Shown one piece after another: positions 1 to 8,273 of a stretch of DNA of 25,745 nt. The first letter of the stretch is position 1, and each line of letters opens with the position of its first letter. The stretch is from the IMG/VR virus record IMGVR_UViG_3300009519_000012. One strand, given 5' to 3'. The stretch comes from a virus. The notes under the pieces were generated by a model, which saw only the letters and a list, made by a program, of their open reading frames with translations, did not search any database and was not told the DNA's origin. A program made the position numbers and the translations under genes.

Positions 1-322
1 GAACAACTTTCTTCCGAGTCTGTGGTTTAGTTGCTATACTTTTTGTTTTTGGTCCTGCTACACGCTTCTTGGAATCTTTTTCATGTTTATTCCAAGCATC
101 CTCGTTTTTCAAATGAGCTTGCTTTTCCCTGATGTTGTCTTCCTTGTTGGCTGGAGTTTCGTATTCGTGACTGTACCCTGCGTATGCTTTTTCAGCCTGT
201 TTCCGATAACGACCATGCTTCCACTTTTCCGTAGAACCTTTTCCGTAATACTCACCTTTGGTTATCCCATAGGGAATATCTGATTTACCGGAAGGATTCT
301 TTTTGGATTTCTTGGTCTCCAT
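1..322 (-). CDS. Lys-rich hypothetical protein, 3'-partial (runs off the window)
   Basis: Not in the ORF track. Manual translation from ATG at 322 gives METKKSKKNPSGKSDIPYGITKGEYYGK...KKRVAGPKTKSIATKPQTRKKVV, open to position 1; it starts 7 nt after the upstream stop. Confidence 0.75.
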   Translation of the reverse strand, partial: METKKSKKNPSGKSDIPYGITKGEYYGKGSTEKWKHGRYRKQAEKAYAGYSHEYETPANKEDNIREKQAHLKNEDAWNKHEKDSKKRVAGPKTKSIATKPQTRKKVV

Positions 323-328
323 AGGACA

Positions 329-523
329 CTACTTTCCCGCAACTCTTTTGTGTGTGGTTTTCTTGTGGTGTTTCTTTGTTACCTTTACCGCAGGATGACC
401 CTTACTTGCTGCTTTTATGCGCTTCTTTGCGTGATGTTTCTTTGGAACAGCAGGATTATCCGAGAAATGCGCGTCATCCCCATCTTCCATCCACAACTTT
501 GTCTTCGTCTTTTTTGTTGCCAT
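329..523 (-). CDS. Small Lys/His-rich basic protein (histone H1/protamine-like composition)
   Basis: 64 aa, MATKKTKTK...KKHHAKKRIK...KKHHKKTTHKRVAGK; purine-rich RBS (AGGAAAGGG) upstream. Confidence 0.75.
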   Translation of the reverse strand: MATKKTKTKLWMEDGDDAHFSDNPAVPKKHHAKKRIKAASKGHPAVKVTKKHHKKTTHKRVAGK

Positions 524-544
524 CGAAATCCCTTTCCTGTTAAA

Positions 545-585
545 ACGCCCTCCATAGTCAACCCTTCCGGGGCTACAGAGGGCGT
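545..585 (-). other. GNRA-capped RNA hairpin in the intergenic region upstream of the basic-protein gene
   Basis: Minus strand reads ACGCCCUC-UG-UAG-C-CCC[GGAA]GGG-UUGA-CUA-UG-GAGGGCGU; the tandem G.U pairs form only on the minus strand. Confidence 0.55.
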
Positions 586-638
586 AAGTTGTCTGTCCAC
601 CGGGAGAGGTTTAGATCAGACCTTGTGAAAAATCTTTA

Positions 639-968
639 CTACTGTGGTGCTCCAATCACACCCATCTCAATTTGCTCTGCGGAAAGATTTTGACCGGTAA
701 CTGCTAACCATGCAGGGAATGTATACCATTTCAACGTCCATCCTTCAGCACTTCCGATTCCTATCGGCTCAGGAACCGCCGCATAATTTCCACTCAGCGT
801 CACCACTAAACCAGCTAACGGAGCATCAATGTTAAAGGGATTCTCTGTTGAAAGAATGTCCCCCGTGGTCGAATTGTACGACGCAGGTCCATATCCACTT
901 CCGACGTAAATCTGTCGGTTGCCTACCATTGTCGGATAATCCACATCGTTAATCGATGAAAGAATCAT
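639..968 (-). CDS. Probable virion structural protein (capsid-associated)
   Basis: 109 aa, Gly/Thr-rich with a GPASY..TGD motif; second gene downstream of the major capsid gene. Confidence 0.6.
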   Translation of the reverse strand: MILSSINDVDYPTMVGNRQIYVGSGYGPASYNSTTGDILSTENPFNIDAPLAGLVVTLSGNYAAVPEPIGIGSAEGWTLKWYTFPAWLAVTGQNLSAEQIEMGVIGAPQ

Positions 969-979
969 TTTTTCACCTT

Positions 980-1005
980 GTAGGGGCGGATATTAAACCG
1001 CCCCT
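980..1005. repeat. Perfect 8-bp GC-rich palindrome (AGGGGCGG/CCGCCCCT), GTAG-REP-like or mRNA stem
   Basis: GTAGGGGCGG-ATATTAAA-CCGCCCCT lies in the intergenic gap; single copy in the window. Confidence 0.5.
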
Positions 1006-1016
1006 TTCCCTAATCG

Positions 1017-1841
1017 TTAGTCTTGGATACATGGTCCGTCAAGAAGAATCTTAAACGGAGTATTTGCAAGAGGTGTAGCGATAGGATCAACAACAGAACC
1101 GATTGCGTAAGGACCAAAAGTTGCACTCGATGCAGTCATTGTTCCATCTGCCAAAGAACTCTTAACAATTGCAAACTGGTTAGCAGCCTGAGTTTGCGAA
1201 GCCGTTGCAAGTACCGTGGCAAGTCCTAGCTCTTGAACAAATCCGTAGTTACCCGGAGTAATCGAATTCAAGAACACCACAGGACGTACAAAGTTTGTCG
1301 CAACATCCGCACTCGTAACAATGTTAGGAGTCGAGTTCAACTGCGCCACCACTGTTCCAGGAGTTCCACCTGTTACCAATGTGAACGTAGGTACTGACGT
1401 GTACCCATATCCACCATTAAGAACAGTAACAGTAATCGCCGTGGCACTCGTTACAACAACTTGAATAAGGGCACCTGTTCCGCCACCACCTGTAGCTGCA
1501 ACTCGGTAGGTTCCTACCGTCTGACCAGTTCCTTCAGTCAGAACAACAACACTGGCCACAGACGTTCCTTGACGCATAAAGCCAACTGTTCCAGTTTTTA
1601 CATTTGCAGCAGTTGCTCCTGAATCAACAAGAACCCAGCGATAACGACCGTTGTACAAAATCCCTGTAGCCGTATCGGAAGCATCCAATGCCTCTTTGTT
1701 TGTTAGGTCCGCATAGATTCCAGGATACAATCCCTCACCGTACCACGGCTGTCCTGTCATGTTATCGGTTTGACCCGATAACGAAGTGGAATTCTGCGAA
1801 TTGATGTTTTTCCAAGATGGAAATCCGCGTACTAATGGCAT
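1017..1841 (-). CDS. Probable capsid decoration/cement-like structural protein
   Basis: 274 aa directly downstream of the MCP; Gly/Thr/Val-rich beta composition, SITPGNYGFVQ motif and an internal NGGYGYTSVP-type module. Confidence 0.6.
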   Translation of the reverse strand: MPLVRGFPSWKNINSQNSTSLSGQTDNMTGQPWYGEGLYPGIYADLTNKEALDASDTATGILYNGRYRWVLVDSGATAANVKTGTVGFMRQGTSVASVVVLTEGTGQTVGTYRVAATGGGGTGALIQVVVTSATAITVTVLNGGYGYTSVPTFTLVTGGTPGTVVAQLNSTPNIVTSADVATNFVRPVVFLNSITPGNYGFVQELGLATVLATASQTQAANQFAIVKSSLADGTMTASSATFGPYAIGSVVDPIATPLANTPFKILLDGPCIQD

Positions 1842-1890
1842 TTTGAATCTCCTTTACTGCAAAACTGATTCCTTTGTTTAGTTCCACTTA

Positions 1891-2069
1891 GTGAACTACC
1901 CCCATGTCTAAATCCGGGGGCTTCCGGTTTCAACGGCATCTGCGTAGGTTGAGGACTTGCGTCCCAACTTACGTCTTACGTTGCCTCCACCGGCTGTAGC
2001 GCCAATCCCTGACGCCAGTATCCGTAGACCTTCGTCTCGGATATTCCTTGCCGCATTTATATCGCGGTC
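1891..2069 (-). mobile_element. tnpB: IS200/IS605 remnant A: tnpB 3' end plus right end (omegaRNA-scaffold-sized); no left end
   Basis: Minus strand translates as DRDINAARNIRDEGLRILASGIGATAGGGNVRRKLGRKSSTYADAVETGSPRI* (DRDxNAAxNI is the TnpB RuvC-III motif), then the RE hairpin CCCCCGGATTTAGACATGGGGG and the terminus TAGTTCAC. Confidence 0.88.
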
Positions 2070-3335
2070 TTAAGCATGGAACCCGAACGCATAAGCATTC
2101 TTGTTAGGCTGGCAGCAATACAGATTCGTAGCCAACTTCAAAAATACTGCATTCATGCTAGGATTGTCGTACTGCTGCGTTTTACGAGTACCAAAGTTCC
2201 AATCTGGATTATTCGTTGTGCGCAGTTTGAATGTCGATGGGTCAAGGAAGTAAATTGCTTCCGATGGCTGAATAATCGCATTCGATGGCAAATTCGAGTT
2301 CGTTGGAGAGAAATTGATTGCCGCTCCAGTGCTGTCATAGAACTGTGGAGTCTGATATGCGATTGTTGCAGTGTTCGATCCAATACCATCCTTCAACTGC
2401 GTATTGCCTGTCGATCCTGCTGATCCATTGATCGGAATGTAATACTGAGCTACTGCTGAAGGTGCCAACGGGTCTTTGAAAATCTCTGTTCCGTTGAAGT
2501 TAATGGAACTCCAGCTTAGATTGTGGTCACTATGCTGCGTATCGCGGTAATAGGCCATAAGAGACTTCGCAATCGCCTTGAAACCAAAGACGTTTGTGAT
2601 TCCCAACTTCGGCTTACCACCCCACATTTCGCACTGAGAACTCAATTGAATCAATGTATCAAAATCAATCTGCCCAGGCCCGCTAGTTGCAGGAGAAGAC
2701 GAACTGCTACTGTAGTTTCCTTGACCACAATAGACCGGAGTCACGTTAATCGCCTTGCCAATCGCACCATTGCGTAACTGTTCGCCATAGGAAAGATAAC
2801 GGTTCCCATAAAGCGATGTGTCGATAGCGTTGTTCAGCGCTTCATCAAGGCCGTTTGATGCCTTATGACGGTCATCACTTACCGTCGAAGATGAATTCTG
2901 TCCGTGACGGAAAGCATCCATCGCAAGCATCGTATTGATGTTTTGCATCATAGCACTCATGAAGATTGAATAGAGATTAAAGATTCTCGACGGACCAGAG
3001 TTGATAACTCCGCCGTCCGGTCCCATCTCCCAATCACTATACGGGAAGTTTGATTGGTATCCCTTCTCGTAGAACTTCAGTTTGTCTGTGATCTGCTGGC
3101 GCATCAACGTAACTGTCTGCGCAGGATCGATTGCAGAACCGTTAGGAGTTCCATACAAAATCGGCTCTGTCATGCCAGCACCGCCAAGATACGGTTCTGC
3201 TACTCCAGCATGGCGAAGTTCGTCAAGAAACGGAGTCCCAACGAAAAACTCGTTCCACACAACTTCATCACGAACAGACTCTAGGTTCGCGCTGTCAACT
3301 TCAGAAAAAGTTGGATCATTCTGCACGTATGGCAT
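2070..3335 (-). CDS. Major capsid protein (HK97 fold expected)
   Basis: 421 aa, positioned after portal and scaffold; N-terminal EVVWNEFFVGTPFLDEL and C-terminal LKLATNLYCCQPNKNA resemble phage MCPs. Confidence 0.85.
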   Translation of the reverse strand: MPYVQNDPTFSEVDSANLESVRDEVVWNEFFVGTPFLDELRHAGVAEPYLGGAGMTEPILYGTPNGSAIDPAQTVTLMRQQITDKLKFYEKGYQSNFPYSDWEMGPDGGVINSGPSRIFNLYSIFMSAMMQNINTMLAMDAFRHGQNSSSTVSDDRHKASNGLDEALNNAIDTSLYGNRYLSYGEQLRNGAIGKAINVTPVYCGQGNYSSSSSSPATSGPGQIDFDTLIQLSSQCEMWGGKPKLGITNVFGFKAIAKSLMAYYRDTQHSDHNLSWSSINFNGTEIFKDPLAPSAVAQYYIPINGSAGSTGNTQLKDGIGSNTATIAYQTPQFYDSTGAAINFSPTNSNLPSNAIIQPSEAIYFLDPSTFKLRTTNNPDWNFGTRKTQQYDNPSMNAVFLKLATNLYCCQPNKNAYAFGFHA

Positions 3336-3377
3336 GTTGTTTCCTTTCAGCTACTTAAGCTGCTTTCCTGATTTTAA

Positions 3378-4373
3378 TTACGCCGCTACTGTTTGGCGTT
3401 GTTCCTCAAAGCGTTTGATTACATTTTGTTGCGTCAATTTCAACCGAGCTTCTGGAGTCATCTTCGTCGGGTCTGGACGTTCTCCCGCAGAAACGGCTCT
3501 CTTGATTTCTGCTACCCTTGCCGATCCTGGCGGTAAGTGCATATCAGGATGAGAACTAATCTGCTCGGCCATCTTGCGTTCCTTGGCAGAAAATTCAGCA
3601 GCTTGGGCATCCATCTTTGCCTTCCACTCAGATTCCTTTTCGGCTGCGGTTTTTGCAGCAATCTCATCATCGTGCTTCTTTGCTTCAGCCGCACGATGCT
3701 CCGCTTCCTTCTCCGCAAACTTAAATGTCCTAGCCGCATATTCCATCGGGCTAAGTTTTAGACGATCTGCCTCAGATACAAGTTGGCTAGGAGAAATAGG
3801 AATCGGAGTTCCATAAAGTTGCTGATACTTCCAGCCAATGTCCTGAATCGTGTGTACTCCCTGATCCAAACGCTTCATAATCGCATCTTCTGAAAACGTA
3901 GGCGTTCCGGGAGTTTTGTTTTGGTCTACCACTGGAGCAGGGGGAGGGGTAAATACTGGAGCATTTGATGGATCGATTCCTAGTGTCCCAAGGTAACTTT
4001 CTCTCTGAGCCTTATAGTAAGCAGCCTCAGCTTTTGCATCTGCCGCTTCTTTGGCCAGTCTTGCTTTTTCTGCTTCCGCTTCCGCATTCGCAGCAGGATA
4101 AACATTTGCCCAAAAATCTTGTGCTTGCCTTACGTTCAGTTCCGCAGCTTCCTGTGCTGCTACTGCTGCTGCTGTTGCGGCTTCCTGCGCTTTCCTATCC
4201 TCCTCAGCCTTTTGTGCTGCCGCTAATGCCGCTTGTTCCTTTTGCTCTGCTGTCTGATAAATGTTTGTAACGTAACTATTGAGACCCGTGCGGGCCTGCG
4301 CATCAAGAGCATCAATCTGATCTTGCGTCCAACCGGATTGCTTCAAAACTTCTGCTAATGTCGGTACTGGCAT
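3378..4373 (-). CDS. Probable capsid scaffolding protein
   Basis: 331 aa with Ala/Glu/Lys-rich coiled coils and a Pro-rich linker, immediately upstream of the MCP. Confidence 0.7.
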   Translation of the reverse strand: MPVPTLAEVLKQSGWTQDQIDALDAQARTGLNSYVTNIYQTAEQKEQAALAAAQKAEEDRKAQEAATAAAVAAQEAAELNVRQAQDFWANVYPAANAEAEAEKARLAKEAADAKAEAAYYKAQRESYLGTLGIDPSNAPVFTPPPAPVVDQNKTPGTPTFSEDAIMKRLDQGVHTIQDIGWKYQQLYGTPIPISPSQLVSEADRLKLSPMEYAARTFKFAEKEAEHRAAEAKKHDDEIAAKTAAEKESEWKAKMDAQAAEFSAKERKMAEQISSHPDMHLPPGSARVAEIKRAVSAGERPDPTKMTPEARLKLTQQNVIKRFEEQRQTVAA

Positions 4374-4400
4374 AATTCACTATTCTCCCGGATTTCCTTG

Positions 4401-4691
4401 TTAAGAGTACGATGGCTGTTGACTTGTAGGCGTTGGTTGAGGCGGTGCAATCAATTTTGTCTGTGCCTCTCCTATTGCCTGCACGATCTTGTTCAATTCA
4501 GCAGCTATTTGAGGATACGCTTGCGCTATTTCCTGCGCTGCTTGACTCCACTTACCTAACAATTGTTGGATTTGATTTGCTGGACCCTGAGACGGTGGGC
4601 CTTGCTTCCCTCCACCATCAGGAGGCGGAGGAGGAGGACCACCCTGCGGTGATCCCCCCTGATCTGGCATTGGCATTGCATTCGTAGCCAT
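4401..4691 (-). CDS. Pro/Gln-rich hypothetical protein of the head module
   Basis: 96 aa; GGAG RBS; lies between portal and scaffold. Confidence 0.7.
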   Translation of the reverse strand: MATNAMPMPDQGGSPQGGPPPPPPDGGGKQGPPSQGPANQIQQLLGKWSQAAQEIAQAYPQIAAELNKIVQAIGEAQTKLIAPPQPTPTSQQPSYS

Positions 4692-4712
4692 GATTTCTCC
4701 GTTAGGGGTTGG

Positions 4713-4814
4713 TTACAGCTTTACGGCTGTCTTCTTGCTGGTGCGCTTGTGGCCACGGCCTTTTTGTGTGGCCTTCTTCAAATGACTCTTTTTTCCACTT
4801 ATGCGATGCTTCAT
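4713..4814 (-). CDS. 33-aa highly basic peptide MKHRISGKKSHLKKATQKGRGHKRTSKKTAVKL
   Basis: Below the ORF-track cutoff; strong RBS AAAGGAGAAACACC-ATG; fills the gap in the operon. Confidence 0.75.
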   Translation of the reverse strand: MKHRISGKKSHLKKATQKGRGHKRTSKKTAVKL

Positions 4815-4851
4815 GGTGTTTCTCCTTTGGGTTTGAGGTTTTTTATCCAAC

Positions 4852-4917
4852 AAAAATGGCTTGAGCCATTTTGATGGTCTCAAGCCACGCTGGTTCCCAA
4901 AGGGAGGGCGGTCGCCC
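4852..4917 (-). promoter_or_regulatory. Structured leader: two short hairpins plus a terminator-like stem and U-tract with an alternative pairing
   Basis: Hairpins GGGC-GACC-GCCC and TCCC-TTT-GGGA, then TGGCTTGAG...CTCAAGCCA followed by TTTTT; alternative stem AAAATGGC-TCAA-GCCATTTT. Confidence 0.5.
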
Positions 4918-4933
4918 GATTGATTCTTTTTAG

Positions 4934-4962
4934 ATCATTCCACTTTTTTGCTGTCTTGTCAA
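4934..4962 (-). promoter_or_regulatory. Putative sigma70-type promoter for the scaffold/capsid genes
   Basis: TTGACA-17 nt-AATGAT on the minus strand in an intergenic region. Confidence 0.55.
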
Positions 4963-4980
4963 GAGGTAAAATGACAAAAT

Positions 4981-5220
4981 TTAGATTATTTTGTCTTCTA
5001 TCCCTAATTCCTTCTTAAATTTCGCTGCCAAAACCTCTGAGACTCTGGTTTTTTGTTCAACAGTTACTCCCTGCACTCCGCCTCCACAATATACAACAGA
5101 CATTTTTCCATCTGTCTTTCCTGCGCGTACTTCATCGTGAGCCTCTCCTACATCTGTAGGGAGATCGAAGCTGGATTCTGTAACCAAGTATACCTTTTGC
5201 GCCTTAATTCTGAGTGCCAT
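4981..5220 (-). CDS. Hypothetical protein
   Basis: 79-aa ORF with GGAGAG RBS, directly downstream of the portal gene. Confidence 0.7.
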   Translation of the reverse strand: MALRIKAQKVYLVTESSFDLPTDVGEAHDEVRAGKTDGKMSVVYCGGGVQGVTVEQKTRVSEVLAAKFKKELGIEDKII

Positions 5221-5252
5221 CTTTCTCTCCTATGGTGTTTGATTTGTACTAC

Positions 5253-7361
5253 TTAGCTCTCTTTCACAATTGTTCTCGGAGTTCCACCTGCTCCACCTTT
5301 TTGTGCAAGACGAGGTTGTTTTTTACCACTTGGATCACGTCCCCCCGCGTGCTGCCCTGCCGGTCCTTTTCCTCCCTTGCCACCTTGAGGCTGTCCTCCT
5401 CCTTCCAATACAGATGGATCAATCCCCATTTCCTTCAACTTCATGAAAGCCTTGGCCTTGGCAATAATTGCCATGACCTGCAATTCTGTTTCCTCGTTGA
5501 AAAACTTTTCTTTTTCCGTCGCGCCCGGAGAATCTCCCCAGTTCGCTATGTCTATTGTTTTCATCACTGTAGACCAGCTTAACGGGGCACCGCTGCGCTT
5601 CAGTTGCAACATCATCATCTGACGCTGCATAGCCGTAATCCTTAGCAGCGTATTCGGCACAGAAACAAGCCTCAACTTCTTTACAAAATACTTTGCCCGC
5701 GTCAGACGATCATACATTGATGGTGTAGTGGGAAATTGACCACCGAATAATTCATCTGGCAAGTGGCTAGGAACCATATCGTCAGGATTGAAGTCAAACA
5801 TTTCCTTTGCTATATTGTCTGGCCCTACATACTCAATAAGCCTTCCTGCGTCAAACCATTGAGGAATAAGAACTTTCATCCTTTCTCCTACGCGCTTGTT
5901 GGCTTTTTCTATCCTCATCGCTATCCCCTTAGCGATAGGACCGATAGACTCCAGCATTTTATCTGCTGTATCGTTTGCAATGTTCATCTTCATGTTGGCT
6001 AGGTTTCCAACATCGTTCAATCCTAGTTGAGCAAGTTCTTTCTCGCCTAGATATTTTAGGTATCCTGTATTTTCTCCGGTTACTCGAACTTCTTCTGGAA
6101 GAAGAGATTGTAATGTCTTCCTTGGTTCACTCCCACCAAACAATCCTAGCCTTTGATCTGGTGCAAACATATCCCATGTTTCAATGCTCTTTCCTCCGTT
6201 TTCATCTGCGTTATATCCCAACGGAGGGTCCATTTGCGCAGAAAGAACCTGATCCATAAGCCTTTCATGCTTGCGAATCGTTGATTCAATTGAAGATACA
6301 TCTCCTACTAACGATCTTCCTAGCGCCTCCCATGCCCAATCATCTACTGTGTACTGAATAACAGGTATTTTAGAGTCCCAATCGTAGGAAGTACCGTCAT
6401 ACATCGGCTTGTCGAGTCCTGATGACGTGATGATGAGCCGTAGGTTAGGGTAGATTCGGCAATCTTCCACCATTGCAGGACGCATGTATGGTTTACCATC
6501 TCTCATCCCTCCAAATATCGGTTGGCCCAAAGACGGAACTTTATAAAACCAAGACGTTCCCGGCTCGCCGCATTGCATCTCTTTTCCAGAAGTATTGATG
6601 CGTATGTCCCTTATAAATGTGTATCTTATCTCCGTATAAAGATTTCCAAAACTGCGACTCTGTGACTCTCCTACGCTTCCATAACGATACATCGCAGCAA
6701 AATCCTGCCGCTGTGCTTGTATCAGTGTCTTGTAATTATTCCGTCCGACTGTTTGTAATTGTCCTTGGAATAGAGGAAAGTTCGCACACGCCTCGGCAAT
6801 CGGCATATAATCGTAAATTGTTACAGCGTAAGCATCTTGAACGTCATTTGACTTTGAAGGAATCTGGACTGGAACTACATCTAATAGTCCTAGAGCATCA
6901 AATTTCATCTCTCTTGGTCCAAAATGATACTCGGACGCAACTACTTTAGGCCATAGGTATCCAATACCCATGACCGTCGCATACTGCAAAACTTTCAAGA
7001 TTTGGTAGGGAAAATCAGACTCTAAATAAACACATTTGCTTACCTTTGTAAGCATCTCCGCCATTGCTTTATAGGCAGGAACATCTGAGCTAAATCCAGC
7101 AATTTCACGTACTTCCGCTAAAGTTGTACAAAATTTATTGATATTATATTTTAACTGATTGGTTACTAACGAACTTCTAGTCTTGTCTTTGAATATACCA
7201 TCAAAGACACGAAGATTTTTCTCAAGATTTCGGTAGCAGGCTTGACCAGAAAGGAATCCCTCACCCTCTTTGATTTGTTCCTCAACCCAAGCGATTTTTT
7301 CCGCGTTGGATGCTTCAAAATTCGGAACTCGCCATTTTACGGTTTCAAGTTCAGCAGGCAC
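5253..7361 (-). CDS. Portal (head-tail connector) protein
   Basis: 702 aa, mostly helical, located between terminase and scaffold/MCP; Gly/Lys-rich C-terminal tail; size fits long P22-like portals. Confidence 0.8.
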   Translation of the reverse strand: MPAELETVKWRVPNFEASNAEKIAWVEEQIKEGEGFLSGQACYRNLEKNLRVFDGIFKDKTRSSLVTNQLKYNINKFCTTLAEVREIAGFSSDVPAYKAMAEMLTKVSKCVYLESDFPYQILKVLQYATVMGIGYLWPKVVASEYHFGPREMKFDALGLLDVVPVQIPSKSNDVQDAYAVTIYDYMPIAEACANFPLFQGQLQTVGRNNYKTLIQAQRQDFAAMYRYGSVGESQSRSFGNLYTEIRYTFIRDIRINTSGKEMQCGEPGTSWFYKVPSLGQPIFGGMRDGKPYMRPAMVEDCRIYPNLRLIITSSGLDKPMYDGTSYDWDSKIPVIQYTVDDWAWEALGRSLVGDVSSIESTIRKHERLMDQVLSAQMDPPLGYNADENGGKSIETWDMFAPDQRLGLFGGSEPRKTLQSLLPEEVRVTGENTGYLKYLGEKELAQLGLNDVGNLANMKMNIANDTADKMLESIGPIAKGIAMRIEKANKRVGERMKVLIPQWFDAGRLIEYVGPDNIAKEMFDFNPDDMVPSHLPDELFGGQFPTTPSMYDRLTRAKYFVKKLRLVSVPNTLLRITAMQRQMMMLQLKRSGAPLSWSTVMKTIDIANWGDSPGATEKEKFFNEETELQVMAIIAKAKAFMKLKEMGIDPSVLEGGGQPQGGKGGKGPAGQHAGGRDPSGKKQPRLAQKGGAGGTPRTIVKES

Positions 7362-7427
7362 ATATACTCACAATCCTCCCGGTACACTGTTTTGTCCTGG
7401 CTCCCAAGCCAGAACATGACTAAACGC

Positions 7428-7456
7428 ATGATAAACTATTTTTTGTCAAGTGTCTA
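7428..7456 (-). promoter_or_regulatory. Putative sigma70-type promoter upstream of the portal gene
   Basis: TAGACA-17 nt-TATCAT; followed by a 10-bp leader hairpin at 7393-7416 whose G.U pair forms on the minus strand. Confidence 0.55.
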
Positions 7457-7466
7457 CAAAAATTTT

Positions 7467-8273
7467 CTATCGTCCGTTCTCATAACCCTCGCTGTGTAGA
7501 AATGACTCCCTTTGACGTTCCCAAGATTTCGGTTTCTTGCTAGACCACTCTTCCGCCGAACGAAGAAAATCACGATTCATATTATTCCTTGCGTTTTCCA
7601 TCAGTGTTCGCCTATGACGACGAATCTCATCCAATCTCGGTTCTTCAATTGCCCGTCTCCTCTCGTTCTCAATCCTGAGTTCACGACTTTCCTGCTGGCG
7701 TTGGAGTTCCGAATACTTCTCTGCCTCAAATACATTATTGCAAACGATCTTTTGTACATTTTTCGGAGCAGGACGATCTTCGGGAAGTCCGAGACTCAAT
7801 CTTCCGTTCCTATCCTTATAGTACACAATCTTCTTGTCAAGTTGTGCTGCCCCTCGACTCCAAGACTTCGGCCTCAGATCGTATGCCATATCCGATGCGC
7901 CTTGGGTAAAACGCTTCCATATATATAGGATAGCGTTCTTGATTCCTGGTCCGCGCATAGGAAAATCGGTCGTTACCATCCAATCCGTTGCACACCAATG
8001 AGTCACATCACTGATTACATCCTTGTTCTCTAGGAAATACGTCCCATTGTAGACAAACCAATTCCCGTCATGAAACCAGCAGCACTCCATCCTGCCGTCA
8101 TGCCATGCAATTACTTTTTGAGAATCCTTAGCGGGTACTCGTTTCTTGACACTCACCCACTTTTTAGACTCTTTCAATGCACGTGCTTGTTCCTTGCTCT
8201 CTTGCTTCAGCGCAGCAAGTTCCGCCTTGAGTTTCGATTCCCGTTGTTCGATCATTCCTTGCGCGTTAGGCAT
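7467..8273 (-). CDS. Hypothetical protein with a DUF551-like central segment
   Basis: KWVSVKKRVP...VTHW pattern typical of DUF551 phage proteins; the charged helical C-terminal half begins MAYDLR. Confidence 0.6.
   Translation of the reverse strand: MPNAQGMIEQRESKLKAELAALKQESKEQARALKESKKWVSVKKRVPAKDSQKVIAWHDGRMECCWFHDGNWFVYNGTYFLENKDVISDVTHWCATDWMVTTDFPMRGPGIKNAILYIWKRFTQGASDMAYDLRPKSWSRGAAQLDKKIVYYKDRNGRLSLGLPEDRPAPKNVQKIVCNNVFEAEKYSELQRQQESRELRIENERRRAIEEPRLDEIRRHRRTLMENARNNMNRDFLRSAEEWSSKKPKSWERQRESFLHSEGYENGR

Noticed and set aside
415-600. Alternative-frame minus-strand ORF overlapping the basic protein gene
   Set aside because: It overlaps a better-supported ORF and an RNA hairpin, and has no convincing RBS or motif.
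1891-2072. In-frame read-through of the MCP stop into the TnpB tail (54-aa extension), or an IStron/group I intron
   Set aside because: In-frame placement has a 1-in-3 chance and TAA is a strong stop. No group I core or terminal G is seen, and the element lies outside the CDS.
8233-8241. TTCGATTCC T-loop-like motif (tRNA)
   Set aside because: It lies inside a CDS with no cloverleaf stems.
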